Assembly: GCA_030550585.1 (NCBI GenBank)
Contig: JAUQPB010000002.1
Span: forward strand, 288,001 to 352,000
Source of the DNA: Thermoproteota archaeon
Lineage (GTDB): Archaea > Thermoproteota > Thermoprotei_A > Sulfolobales > Ignisphaeraceae
DNA: 64,000 nucleotides
Direction of reading: 5' to 3'
Shown here: positions 1 through 10,308 of the stretch, one piece after another
Layout: every line of letters starts with the position of its first letter
Position numbering within the stretch: the stretch's first letter is position 1
Translations under genes and position numbers: made by a program
Notes under the pieces: generated by a model
Databases searched by the model: none
The model's input: the letters and a program-made list of their open reading frames with translations, nothing else
Told to the model about the DNA's origin: nothing

Positions 1-528
1 CTCAACTACACTCCTCCAAAGGTTGAGGAGGTTGTTGAAAAGGCTTTGAAGATGGATATCTACGGAGATCTTAACAAAGCCGTAAACATTTTACTCAATT
101 CGAGAACTATTGTTGTGATACTCGATAATTCGGGTGAGGCCGTTTTTGATAGACTCTTAGCAGATGTTCTGAGAGAGAATGGCACAAAGGTCTACGCTAT
201 TGTTAAGGGTGGATCCTTCCAAAACGATGTAACGATAAAAGATGCTTTTGTGGCTGAGCTCGACAAAAGCTTTGATGCGGTGCTCGATACGGGGACTGAT
301 GCCTCTAGTATCTTCTTAGATGAGCTGGGAGAGAGGACAAGAAAAGCTATAGAGGGGGCTGATGTAATAGTTGCAAAGGGTATGGCTAACTACGAGTATA
401 TCACAGAGGTTGAGAGGGTTCTCGGCAAGACGGTTATATACCTTCTTGTGGCAAAATGCATGCCAATATCTATCGATACTGGAATACCGCTGGGCAAAGC
501 AGGTGTCATAGTCCATGAAGCCTGGTAA
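1..528 (+). CDS. DUF89/ARMT1-like damage-control phosphatase, 5'-truncated by the window
   Basis: LDNSGE..FD, NDVT and AKGMANYE motifs; the frame appears open to the window edge. Confidence 0.85.
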   Translation, partial: LNYTPPKVEEVVEKALKMDIYGDLNKAVNILLNSRTIVVILDNSGEAVFDRLLADVLRENGTKVYAIVKGGSFQNDVTIKDAFVAELDKSFDAVLDTGTDASSIFLDELGERTRKAIEGADVIVAKGMANYEYITEVERVLGKTVIYLLVAKCMPISIDTGIPLGKAGVIVHEAW

Positions 529-617
529 GCAAATTCTATGTGAATACCAAAGCTTTATAAAACTCTGAACAACACTATGCTTAGACGCTTGGAGATCTGT
601 GGTGGTGCAACAAAATA

Positions 618-1970
618 ATGTCGTACGAATATGTGTGGATTGAAGAACGTAGAAAGAGACCTATAGCCACGATAGCCATTGTAGCCATAAATGTTGCTGT
701 ATATCTGTATACATCCTACCAAAACTTTTTCGCTCAAACAACAGATGAGTGGATCAACGCTCTCTCATATGTACCAGTTCTTCTCCAAACACCATCTCAA
801 TGGTATAGGATTATAACAAGCATGTTTACCCATGCAGACATATTCCACATATTCTTCAACATGTGGTTTCTATACTTCTTTGGCTCTGAAGTTGAGAAGA
901 GCTTGGGCAGTCTAAAGTATCTGATACTCTATTTCGCTTCTGGTCTCCTAGCAATAGTTTTCCACACAGCCTTCATACCAATAGGCGGTGGCATAAACCT
1001 TGTTATCCCAGCTCTCGGAGCCTCTGGAGCCATAAGCGGTGTGCTAGGAGCATACCTAATGCTTTATCCAAGAAGAAAGCTGTCAGGCTGTTATCTAATA
1101 CTGATAATACCCCTATGCTTCACAATGACAGCATCGTGGTTTCTTTTGCTATGGTTCGCCACACAAGTTATCTATGGCTATCTCAGGTTCGGTGGCGTAG
1201 CATTCTTTGCTCATGTAGGCGGGTTTGTAAGTGGAATTGCACTTGTATACCCATTTGCCAGAAGAAGGGAAACCGTGGCAGAGCCGTTGTACCAGCCATT
1301 CTTCATGGAGTGGAGGCATAGACCTGGACTCGGAAGAACACTCAAAGCAGTTCTTGCAATACTTCTACTAGCTGTTATTGGCGGGGCAGCATACTCAACA
1401 TTGATAGCCCCATCGATGAGCGGAGTCTATATGTACACAATAAAGGTTGTTGAAAATGGTGGGAGCGTGACAGAGGACCAGGCATTCTTCTCGCCACCAA
1501 GTGACACTGTGCCTCCATCTACTGATAGTCCAAGGGTAGTCTTCAACAGTCTTCTGTGGTCTGGAATGCTAGTTAATCCTATGTATCCAAGCAATGTTGT
1601 TGTTAGATTACAGATTCCAGAAAAAATTATTAGAGATCCCAACTATGGTCTACGCATAAGGCTTTCAGTCGATGGTCTAGCCATGTATGACTCGAATCAC
1701 ATTCTAAAAAGCTTCAACGGGTCTATCAAAACCGATGTTATTAACGTTGGATATTATTGGCTGTGGCCTGTTGCAAGCATAGGCGAGTATAAAACGTTTT
1801 CTGTTAGCATCAATGGAGTGGATGTTGCAGGCAATGTTGGCTCTACAATAGTCTTTCCATTTGCGGGGATCTCAACACTTACATCAATTCTAGCGCTATA
1901 TATATCCATATACAAGGATCGTGAAATAGCCGAAGAGGAGCTATGGTTTGTAACACCATTTCAGATATAG
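618..1970 (+). CDS. Rhomboid intramembrane serine protease with a long C-terminal extension
   Basis: WYR..TSMFTH, HIFFNM, GASGA (catalytic Ser) and AHVGG (catalytic His). Confidence 0.9.
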   Translation: MSYEYVWIEERRKRPIATIAIVAINVAVYLYTSYQNFFAQTTDEWINALSYVPVLLQTPSQWYRIITSMFTHADIFHIFFNMWFLYFFGSEVEKSLGSLKYLILYFASGLLAIVFHTAFIPIGGGINLVIPALGASGAISGVLGAYLMLYPRRKLSGCYLILIIPLCFTMTASWFLLLWFATQVIYGYLRFGGVAFFAHVGGFVSGIALVYPFARRRETVAEPLYQPFFMEWRHRPGLGRTLKAVLAILLLAVIGGAAYSTLIAPSMSGVYMYTIKVVENGGSVTEDQAFFSPPSDTVPPSTDSPRVVFNSLLWSGMLVNPMYPSNVVVRLQIPEKIIRDPNYGLRIRLSVDGLAMYDSNHILKSFNGSIKTDVINVGYYWLWPVASIGEYKTFSVSINGVDVAGNVGSTIVFPFAGISTLTSILALYISIYKDREIAEEELWFVTPFQI

Positions 1971-1971
1971 G

Positions 1972-2484
1972 ATGATGGAATTGGGCGCACATGGACATGA
2001 ACACCTTTTTGTTGACAGATTCTCTATATGCTTTATAGTCACAAGCGATAGTGTTTTAAGGGGCTTGAAAACCGATGAGATAAGGCCTATAGCAGAGAAT
2101 CTTGGTAGCCTATGCCCCAAGGCTCTTTTAAATGGTTATGTGGTTATAGGCAATAGTATGGGGGATATAAGGAAGGCTGTTCTAGACAACGCAAATAGAT
2201 GCGATGTGATTATTGTGTCTGGGGGAACTGGCATAAGCAGAAAAGATGTTAGTGTAGAGGCTGTCGAACCTGTTGCAGACAAGGCTCTGCCTGGTTTTGG
2301 AGAGCTCTTTAGAGCTATGAGCTATAGAGATGTTGGTGCTAGGGCATATCTATCGAGGGCCTCTGCCTATGTTGTAAACAGCTCCTTGGTTTTCGTTGTG
2401 CCGGGCAACCCAAGTGCTGTTAAACTGGCGCTGGAGATAATATGTGAAATGGCTCCGCATGCATTGTACGAGGCAAGGAGATAG
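1972..2484 (+). CDS. moaB: MoaB/Mog molybdopterin adenylyltransferase family
   Basis: VTSD, SGGTGISRKDVS, LPGFGELFR, LSRASA and PGNP motifs. Confidence 0.85.
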   Translation: MMELGAHGHEHLFVDRFSICFIVTSDSVLRGLKTDEIRPIAENLGSLCPKALLNGYVVIGNSMGDIRKAVLDNANRCDVIIVSGGTGISRKDVSVEAVEPVADKALPGFGELFRAMSYRDVGARAYLSRASAYVVNSSLVFVVPGNPSAVKLALEIICEMAPHALYEARR

Positions 2485-2508
2485 CTATTTGCTGAGGGTA
2501 TACGCATA

Positions 2509-4140
2509 TTGGTCAACGATGAAAATAGTGGCAATGAATATTTGACAGAGTCTCTAAGGCTTGCCGCTGGAAATACATTCATTCTATTTCTCGGCGAGTT
2601 TCTATACAATTTGATACTAGCGATAGGCTCTTTCTTCATTGCCAGAATTCTTGGTAGCGAGGGATACGGCGCATTTTCTCTGGCTTTGGTGCCCCCACTC
2701 TCACTTGTTTCGCTAATGTCTCTAGGTATAGACACAGCCGCAACCAGATACATACAAAAATTTCTTGCTGAGAAGAGAAGAGGGCATGCAGTAAGGGTTA
2801 TCAAAGCATCACTTCTCCTGAGATTTGGCATAAACCTAGTTGGATTCGTATCATGCTTTTTGTTTTCAACACAAATGGCACAGATATTCACCAATAGAGC
2901 TGAGCTTGGGCCATATGTTAAGGCAACATCTATCGTAGTTCTTTTCCAGGGTCTCTACAGCCTGTTTTTAGCGATTTTCATTGGTATGAACATGGCTGTG
3001 GGCGCATCTATAACAAAGGTTGTTTACAGCATTTCGAAGACAATCATATCGATCTCTCTTCTAGTAATATTTGGCATGGGTGTTATGGGGGCTTTGCTAG
3101 GTAATATTGCTGGATATGCAATCTCGCTGGTTGCTGCTACAGCCTTTCTAGTAATATCGTTGCGCAGGTCTGGCAATGATGAGGCTGGGGATGTGGGAGG
3201 TGTTGTTGCAGAGCTTCTACGCTATGGCATACCACTCTACATTTCGTCGATAGTCTCTATAGCTGTTTCCATATATCAGAACCTTTTATTGGCATACACA
3301 CTATCACTTACTGACATAGGGGGCTATAGAGCTATATCCAATTTTAGTGTGCTCATATCGGTTGTATCTGCACCCATCTCTGCATCGCTTTTACCTCTCT
3401 TTACACAGTTCTATGCAAGGTCTCAGAAGCTTGATGAGCTGCTCGATCTATCGAATAAGTATACAGCCTTTGTTTTAGTGCCTGTTACTATGGTTGCAAT
3501 GATATTTTCTAGAGAGCTCATATACCTTTTCTATGGCTCTCAATATCTATTTGCCTATCGATATCTCCCCCTACTGCTTGCACCAAACCTGTTATCAGGT
3601 CTCGGAGGAGTTACCGTGCCAGCCCTACTAAATGCTGTTGGAGATACCAAGGCGAATATGAAGGCGTCTATAATATCTTCAGTAGTGCTTGTAGCAACAT
3701 CTTATATACTAACCGTTGTTCTTGGCCTTGGCCTGTGGGGGTATCTAACATCTCTTCTAATATCATCGATTGCAGGTACCGTAGCAGCCATACAATACGC
3801 TAAACGATATGTGACAAGAGTTGTTGATGTTAGAAAAAGTATAGGAATATACACTGCATCAGCTCTAGCGCTAGTTGCTGTTGTCCCAATATTCTATATC
3901 CCTATTCCAAGGCTTGTAAGCTTGTTTAGATTAGTTACAGGGTTTGTATTGTTTATCTTGATTTACATAGCTTTGTCTATCTATGCTCGAATAATTGGCG
4001 AAGCCGATATAAAGTTCTTTGTAACAGCATTCAGCAAATTCCCGCTAGTGAACATAGTGATGGATGTTTTAGCGAGATACGCCATTGCTCTGACCAAACT
4101 TGTGAACGGCTCTAGGAGGGGGCACAAGAACCTTCACTAG
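2509..4140 (+). CDS. Polysaccharide/oligosaccharide flippase (Wzx/MOP family)
   Basis: About 14 hydrophobic segments; ARILGSEGYG and LGIDTAATRY patterns. Confidence 0.85.
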   Translation: MVNDENSGNEYLTESLRLAAGNTFILFLGEFLYNLILAIGSFFIARILGSEGYGAFSLALVPPLSLVSLMSLGIDTAATRYIQKFLAEKRRGHAVRVIKASLLLRFGINLVGFVSCFLFSTQMAQIFTNRAELGPYVKATSIVVLFQGLYSLFLAIFIGMNMAVGASITKVVYSISKTIISISLLVIFGMGVMGALLGNIAGYAISLVAATAFLVISLRRSGNDEAGDVGGVVAELLRYGIPLYISSIVSIAVSIYQNLLLAYTLSLTDIGGYRAISNFSVLISVVSAPISASLLPLFTQFYARSQKLDELLDLSNKYTAFVLVPVTMVAMIFSRELIYLFYGSQYLFAYRYLPLLLAPNLLSGLGGVTVPALLNAVGDTKANMKASIISSVVLVATSYILTVVLGLGLWGYLTSLLISSIAGTVAAIQYAKRYVTRVVDVRKSIGIYTASALALVAVVPIFYIPIPRLVSLFRLVTGFVLFILIYIALSIYARIIGEADIKFFVTAFSKFPLVNIVMDVLARYAIALTKLVNGSRRGHKNLH

Positions 4141-4215
4141 CTTTAGCTTTTTGCATTCACCTACAGACTTTTAAATTAAGAACACATATTGTATTATCTT
4201 GCTGGCTGTGTGGAT

Positions 4216-5319
4216 ATGAGAGATATCGAGAAATATGCACGTCTAATTGTAGACTATTGTGTGTCTGTAAAGAAATTCGATGAGGTCGCCATATACGGTT
4301 CTGTGGAGGCAATGCCTCTTATCAGAGAGATTTGGAGAGAGGCTGTTGTTAGAGGGGCTTATCCGAGGCTGATAATAAACGATGATTATTTATCAGAGGT
4401 TTTCTACAGGTATGCCCCCAAGGAGCTTCTCGAGTATGTTTCGCCTATAGACAAGTTTATTGCTGAGAAAATTGCTGTGAGAATTTCAATTCTATCACCA
4501 CAACACTCAAAACCGTTGGTAAACGTTGACCCGGACAAGATTAGACAAAGATACAAAGCAATTAGAGAGATTAGAGATATTTTCACAAAGAGAGATGCGG
4601 CTGGGGATCTGAGATGGGTTGTGGCACCATATCCAACCTATGCCATGGCGCAAGAGGCGGGGATGTCGCCTATAGAATTCGAGGAGTTTGTTTATAGAGC
4701 TGTTAAGCTATATGAGAGCGATCCTGTCAGGGCCTGGATGGAGCAGGGCAGGTGGCAAGAGAAAATAGCTAGTATGCTATCTAAAGTTGATGAGCTTAGG
4801 ATAGTGTCGGAGAACACAGATCTTCTCGCTAAGGTTGGTGGAAGAACGTGGATAAATGATGATGGGAGAAACAATATGCCTGGTGGAGAAGTTTTCTCGG
4901 CTCCTCATGAGGATGGCGTTGAAGGGTTCATAGAGTTTGAGTTTCCAGCTGTGTATAGTGGTGTTGAGGTTGAGAGGGTGAGGCTCGTATTTAGGAGGGG
5001 GGAGGTTGTCGAGGCAAACGCTCTAAAAGGTTCGGAATTTCTTAGAAAGATGCTTGAAGTTGATGAAGGGGCTAGAAGAGTGGGTGAAATAGCGTTTGGG
5101 CTAAACTATGATATAAATAGATTTACAAAAGAGATACTGTTTGACGAGAAGATTGGCGGTACAATGCACATGGCCTTGGGCTCGGCATATCTCAAAACTG
5201 GTGGAAGGAATATGTCTTCGATTCACTGGGACATGGTAAAGGATATGAGGAGAGGGAGGGTTTATGCAGACAAGGATTTGATATATGAGAACGGCAAGTT
5301 CATAAAAGATGTTGTGTAG
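4216..5319 (+). CDS. Thermophilic metallo-aminopeptidase (M29, AmpS/AmpT)
   Basis: NMPGGEVF, GEIAFG, LFDEKIGGTMHMALG and SIHWD motifs; ATG at 4216 preferred as start. Confidence 0.92.
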   Translation: MRDIEKYARLIVDYCVSVKKFDEVAIYGSVEAMPLIREIWREAVVRGAYPRLIINDDYLSEVFYRYAPKELLEYVSPIDKFIAEKIAVRISILSPQHSKPLVNVDPDKIRQRYKAIREIRDIFTKRDAAGDLRWVVAPYPTYAMAQEAGMSPIEFEEFVYRAVKLYESDPVRAWMEQGRWQEKIASMLSKVDELRIVSENTDLLAKVGGRTWINDDGRNNMPGGEVFSAPHEDGVEGFIEFEFPAVYSGVEVERVRLVFRRGEVVEANALKGSEFLRKMLEVDEGARRVGEIAFGLNYDINRFTKEILFDEKIGGTMHMALGSAYLKTGGRNMSSIHWDMVKDMRRGRVYADKDLIYENGKFIKDVV

Positions 5320-5325
5320 ATAGAA

Positions 5326-5679
5326 TTGATTGTTGTAGAGATAAACGGGGATAGGATAACCGTTAGAAAATGGAGTATGAGAGACATTGAAGAAATTGTT
5401 TATGCACTTGTCCAGCTAATTCCAATGGGGTGCGTCACAACATATAAAGACATTGCAAATGTGTTAAAACTGAGCCCTCGGCTCGTTGCAAAGGTGCTAA
5501 GCAGAAATAGAAGCCCCATAGCAATACCCTGTCACAGGGTTATAAAATCTGATGGGAGGTTGGGTGGATACACAATCAATGGGAGAAAGGCCCCAAAACT
5601 GAAGGAGCTTCTCTTAAGATTAGAGGGTTATAGCGACTGCATCTACAGTTTAGCTAAAGTGCTTGAAGTAGAGGACTAG
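5326..5679 (+). CDS. ogt: O6-alkylguanine-DNA alkyltransferase (MGMT C-terminal domain only)
   Basis: IPxGxVTTY, PRLVA and PCHRV active-site motif. Confidence 0.88.
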   Translation: MIVVEINGDRITVRKWSMRDIEEIVYALVQLIPMGCVTTYKDIANVLKLSPRLVAKVLSRNRSPIAIPCHRVIKSDGRLGGYTINGRKAPKLKELLLRLEGYSDCIYSLAKVLEVED

Positions 5680-5756
5680 CTCTACAATTTGTAACCGCAG
5701 ACCTTATTTACCTGCTAGCAGTAGAATAGCTATAGGGAGCTAAGTGTCTGAGATCT

Positions 5757-6506
5757 ATGAGAAGGATAAAGATTCCAGAAGGGTATAGACTTTCATCAGT
5801 AGACGACATTCTTAGGTTATTCTCTATAAAACAGATTCCCACAGACAATGTGGACGGCTCCATAATCCTAACAGTGAAGGAGGGCTTGCTGAAAAAGGCT
5901 GTAAATACATATAGGATATATGTTTGGGTGGTTGGGAGAAGCATCTTCTTTGGGCTGTACAGCGAGAATGGCTTAACAGCCTTTGCTAAGATGGATAGGG
6001 AAAAAGACGCGGCTTTGTTCAGCTGCATCGACAAAAGGTATCAGAGGCTTTGCGATGAGCTGTTCAAGTTGGTGAGCAGTGGTATAGAAGAGGTAGCGGA
6101 AAGAGGCTTAGCAACTGAGGTGAGGGCTATTAACAGATTTAGGCTTAGCAATGTTTATGAGAGGTTCCTCGACGGTTTTGCAGAGATAACAGTGGCTTCT
6201 GCAGTAATCAAGTACCCGGTTGTCGAGCGCAGAATCCTCGATAAGATTGCCACAGAGTTTGGCTCTGTTCAAGATATCATAGACTATATTGCCCAGAAAT
6301 ACAAAACAGGGACATACATAGCTGTTATGCTGGCACAAGAGTGGATGTTTGCTATCGCAATAAACATTGATTCAAAGGAGTATACTCCATCCTATATAAA
6401 CTGGGCAACGAATGCAAGAATTGTTGGAAGCGATGCCATAAAGAGGTTTGAACAGCATATAAATGAGATGAATGTAAAGTTCCATGTTTATAGGATGACC
6501 CAGTAG
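5757..6506 (+). CDS. Hypothetical protein
   Basis: 249-aa ORF filling the gap, with genome-typical composition; no motif recognised. Confidence 0.65.
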   Translation: MRRIKIPEGYRLSSVDDILRLFSIKQIPTDNVDGSIILTVKEGLLKKAVNTYRIYVWVVGRSIFFGLYSENGLTAFAKMDREKDAALFSCIDKRYQRLCDELFKLVSSGIEEVAERGLATEVRAINRFRLSNVYERFLDGFAEITVASAVIKYPVVERRILDKIATEFGSVQDIIDYIAQKYKTGTYIAVMLAQEWMFAIAINIDSKEYTPSYINWATNARIVGSDAIKRFEQHINEMNVKFHVYRMTQ

Positions 6507-6615
6507 GTTTTCTTCTATCAATTCAAAACATATGAAACCGGTATTCCGTGGACTTTCTGTGGGTTACTTTTTATATTTGCTAAACAACATAGGGTAGCCA
6601 GACCTATGAATTGGG

Positions 6616-7224
6616 GTGAGTATAATGGAGCCAAAGAGACTTGTGTTAATAGCCATAGCTGCAGTAGCCATAGCAGCTATAGTTGGCATAGCAACGCTAA
6701 GCTATGTTGAGGCACAAGCAAGTCGCTACAATAATGGCAATGGCTGTATATGTCAATGTGGCAACAAGACAGTGACCATTAATACCCCATTCCAAAAGCT
6801 ATTTAACAAGACTTTCAAATGGCAGATACAAATAAAATGGCATAAGCCATTTGGCTTTAGAATAGAAAAGGGCGTTGCCCAACAAAACATTGTTGTTAGC
6901 GATGAATATAAGCAGAAGGTGTTGAGCATACTACAGTCTGATGCAAATGTAAGTAAGCTGCTTGCAGAGGGATACAATGTAACAATGATCAAACCAGTGA
7001 TCCAGGCATATGTCCAAGGTGATGGAACCGTAGCTATGAGGGCTGGCCAAGCCATTGTTGTGCTAACCCTAAAAACAGATGGCAAAATTGGCATAGCATA
7101 TGTGTTTGTAAATGTTGATCAGGGGAAGGTCGAAAAAGTGTTTACATTTGAGAAAACAATAATATTGCCACACAGCACATCAACAACTACAACAACTACC
7201 GCAACCCCCAGCACAAGCTTGTAA
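6616..7224 (+). CDS. Secreted or membrane-anchored hypothetical protein (possible PepSY-like domain, Thr-rich tail)
   Basis: N-terminal K/R plus hydrophobic signal, CICQC, VFVNVDQGKV and C-terminal STSTTTTTT. Confidence 0.7.
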   Translation: MSIMEPKRLVLIAIAAVAIAAIVGIATLSYVEAQASRYNNGNGCICQCGNKTVTINTPFQKLFNKTFKWQIQIKWHKPFGFRIEKGVAQQNIVVSDEYKQKVLSILQSDANVSKLLAEGYNVTMIKPVIQAYVQGDGTVAMRAGQAIVVLTLKTDGKIGIAYVFVNVDQGKVEKVFTFEKTIILPHSTSTTTTTTATPSTSL

Positions 7225-7322
7225 ATTAAGTGATATACTAGTTTATCATAGGTAGTAGCCCAAAAACAATTATTTTTTTTATTATCCACATTTAATAGAA
7301 TCTCAAAACCTTCTTCAATTGG

Positions 7323-8717
7323 GTGCGTCTCTTGCATCTAATCTGCCCTGTTTGCGGATCTGCCTATGAATTCAATGTATACTCTAAACTGTGTCCAAGA
7401 TGCGGCTCACCGCTGTTTGTAATGCATAGCATTTCACCAGACACATTCAAAAAGGTCTTGCTGGAGGCTAGGCATAGGTGGAACCTTGGCATCTGGAGTT
7501 TCCACGAGGTTCTACCGACAAGCTCTATTGGGAAAACCATTGGAGAGGCGTGGACACCAATTATCAAAGTCGAAAACTTTAGCAGAATAACAGGTGTTGA
7601 AGTGCTAGTGAAAAACGAGTCGAGAAACCCTAGTGGGACATTTATTGATAGGGGGACGGCAGTCGATTCATATATAGCCTACGTAAATGGCTTTAAAGAT
7701 GTTGTCTCAGCCTCCACAGGAGACTATGCAATATCCTTGTCCATATACTCTAAGCTCTATGGTCTTAGCACAACGCATTATATCCCTATTTTTATTGAAC
7801 AGTGGAAGAGATATATGCTAATGGTGCTGGGCAGCAAAATTATAGAGGTTGACAGCTATTCGAATGCTGTTAGGAAGGCTATGAGAGTCTCGAACAAGAG
7901 TAGCAATTTCTTGTCGCTGTCCATGTCCCCTACGGTCATAGACGGCTACAGAACAATAGTGTTTGAGGTTGTAGATATTCTAAAAGAAATAGACTGGATT
8001 GCGGTACCTGTAGGCGATGGTGTGCTTGCAACATCTATTTTGAAGGGTTTAAAAGAGATAGAGGCCTATTTAGAAATTGAAACACCCAATATACTTGCTG
8101 TGAAGCTTGGTGAAGAGGATGGCGCTGAACAGGACTTCTCAAAGTTGTTCTTAACAGAGTTGGGCGGCGGCATGCTCAGAGATGTGCTAAACAAGATACT
8201 AGGTGAGAAAGGAGTTTTTGTAGCAATCGATAAAGAGGCTGTATATTCGACAACAAATGAGATAGCCTACTATGATGGTCTCTTGGTGGATCCCGTTGGG
8301 GCAACAAGCTTGGCGGGAATTAAAAAAGCTGTGGAGCTAGGGGTTATTGATAGAGGAGATAGGGTGTTGGCTATAGTCAGCGGCAGCCCATCGAAAGACA
8401 CATACATTCTCTTCAAAATTCTGGAATATGGAAGAAGAGGGACAGGGGGATATCCAAACCTTAGAGAAGGTTATATGAGTGAGGTACAGATAAACATTCT
8501 GAAGATACTCTATGAATCTCGGCAAATACACTTGTATGAGATATGGAAAAGGCTTCAAGCCATGGGGCATAAGATAACTCTTCAAACTGTGTACAGCCAT
8601 GTGAAGAAGTTGTTGGAGAAGGGGTATGTGAGAGTTCTTGGCGTGAATGGAAGGAGGAAGATATATTCGATATCAGAACTTGGGGAAGAGTATCTAGAGA
8701 ATATGTATAGTAGATAG
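7323..8717 (+). CDS. Threonine-synthase-like fold-II protein fused to a C-terminal winged HTH; PLP lysine absent
   Basis: CPVC/CPRC ribbon, GEAWTP, NPSGTFIDRG (canonical SFKDRG), VPVGDG; C-terminal ITLQTVYSHVKKL..GYV..RRKIYSISELG. Confidence 0.85.
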   Translation: MRLLHLICPVCGSAYEFNVYSKLCPRCGSPLFVMHSISPDTFKKVLLEARHRWNLGIWSFHEVLPTSSIGKTIGEAWTPIIKVENFSRITGVEVLVKNESRNPSGTFIDRGTAVDSYIAYVNGFKDVVSASTGDYAISLSIYSKLYGLSTTHYIPIFIEQWKRYMLMVLGSKIIEVDSYSNAVRKAMRVSNKSSNFLSLSMSPTVIDGYRTIVFEVVDILKEIDWIAVPVGDGVLATSILKGLKEIEAYLEIETPNILAVKLGEEDGAEQDFSKLFLTELGGGMLRDVLNKILGEKGVFVAIDKEAVYSTTNEIAYYDGLLVDPVGATSLAGIKKAVELGVIDRGDRVLAIVSGSPSKDTYILFKILEYGRRGTGGYPNLREGYMSEVQINILKILYESRQIHLYEIWKRLQAMGHKITLQTVYSHVKKLLEKGYVRVLGVNGRRKIYSISELGEEYLENMYSR

Positions 8718-8879
8718 TCGGAGAATATTCATAGCCATTGCGGGCCTTTTATCTTGGTAGAAGAGGTTTGTGGAGAGAGCGATAGTAGGTCACGGCATAT
8801 TTTCACTAATGTTTATAACAAGTTAGCAAGTCTTATAATACCCTTCACATAGCTAGGAGAGAAAAAGAGTGTTATTCTA

Positions 8880-10247
8880 ATGGTTGACAGAATAAACAGG
8901 CTATTGATAGCCAACCGTGGGGAGATAGCTGTAAGAATAATCAAAACATGCAGAAAATTGGGCATAGAGGCAATAGCTGTTTATACAAATGTTGATAGCG
9001 ATGCTATGCATGTTAAGCTCGCAGATGAGGCTTATTCGCTGGGTTCCGACCCCTACGGCTATTTAGATATAGACAAAATTGTTTCAGTAGCTAAGAAGGC
9101 TAATGCCGATGCTGTTCACCCTGGCTATGGCTTCTTGTCTGAAAACGCCAGGTTTGCTAAGGCTGTTGAGGATTCTGGGATGATTTGGATTGGACCAAAA
9201 TGGAGCGTGATAGAGCTTTTAGAGTCGAAGTCTATGGTTAGGTCGATTGCCCACAGCATTGGGGTTCCGATAGTGCCGGGCTCTCTAGGCCCTGTTACGC
9301 TTGAGGAGGCTAGGAAGATTGCTGAGGAGATCGGCTTTCCCGTTTTGATTAAAGCTGATAGGGGTGGTGGTGGAAGAGGGATTAGAGTTGCCAACAGTTT
9401 AGATGAACTTGAAAGGCTTTTTCCGATAGCATTGAAAGAGGTTGAAACATCTTTTAAGGGCTCCAAGCTCTATATAGAGAAGTTTCTTCCGAAGGTAAGA
9501 CACATAGAGATTCAAATACTTGCAGACGCCCATGGCAACGTTGTTGCTCTTGGCGAAAGGGAGTGTAGTATTCAGAGAAGGTATCAGAAGGTTATTGAGG
9601 AAGCTCCATCACCTATCATAACAGATGATGATAGGAGGAAGCTGTACGAATATGCAATAAAGTTTATGAAGCATGTTAAATATGTTAATGCGGGTACCAT
9701 AGAGTTTATCAGAGATGAGAAAGGAAACTTCTATCTAATCGAGGTTAACAAGAGGATACAAGTTGAGCACCCAGTTACAGAAGCTATAACAGGTATCGAC
9801 ATTGTTGAGCAGCAGATAAAGATAGCTGAGGGAAGGGAGCTCGAAATAAAGGACAGCATATACAAATTTAATGGTCATGCAATAGAGGCTAGGGTTTATG
9901 CAGAAGACCCGGATAGGATGCTTCCATCACCTGGGAAGATAATGTGGGTGAGGTTCCCCAACACCAAAAACGTTAGGATAGACCATGCCCTTGCGCCAGG
10001 AGTGGATATACCACCTTTCTACGACCCAATGATAGCGAAGGTCATTGCCTGGGGGAGCACAAGAGAGGAGGCTAGGCAAAATCTAGTCAATGCACTATCA
10101 AATTTCGAGATCAGCGGTATCAAAACATCGATACCGCTATTAATAGAGATTCTGAGCACTAAGGAGTTTATCGATGGAGATTACGACACGTTGTTTCTGG
10201 GGCGCTACTTAGAGCAGAGGAGGTCAAAGGGTGTGTCGGCAAAATAG
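8880..10247 (+). CDS. accC: Biotin carboxylase subunit (AccC/PycA type)
   Basis: IANRGEIAVR, HPGYGFLSEN, GGGGRG, ERECSIQRR, RIQVEHPVTE and YDPMIAK motifs. Confidence 0.93.
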   Translation: MVDRINRLLIANRGEIAVRIIKTCRKLGIEAIAVYTNVDSDAMHVKLADEAYSLGSDPYGYLDIDKIVSVAKKANADAVHPGYGFLSENARFAKAVEDSGMIWIGPKWSVIELLESKSMVRSIAHSIGVPIVPGSLGPVTLEEARKIAEEIGFPVLIKADRGGGGRGIRVANSLDELERLFPIALKEVETSFKGSKLYIEKFLPKVRHIEIQILADAHGNVVALGERECSIQRRYQKVIEEAPSPIITDDDRRKLYEYAIKFMKHVKYVNAGTIEFIRDEKGNFYLIEVNKRIQVEHPVTEAITGIDIVEQQIKIAEGRELEIKDSIYKFNGHAIEARVYAEDPDRMLPSPGKIMWVRFPNTKNVRIDHALAPGVDIPPFYDPMIAKVIAWGSTREEARQNLVNALSNFEISGIKTSIPLLIEILSTKEFIDGDYDTLFLGRYLEQRRSKGVSAK

Positions 10248-10308
10248 AAACAGAGAATAAAGTTTATTAATGTTGCCATAGCTAAGACTGTTAGCTGGTG
10301 TATACAAG

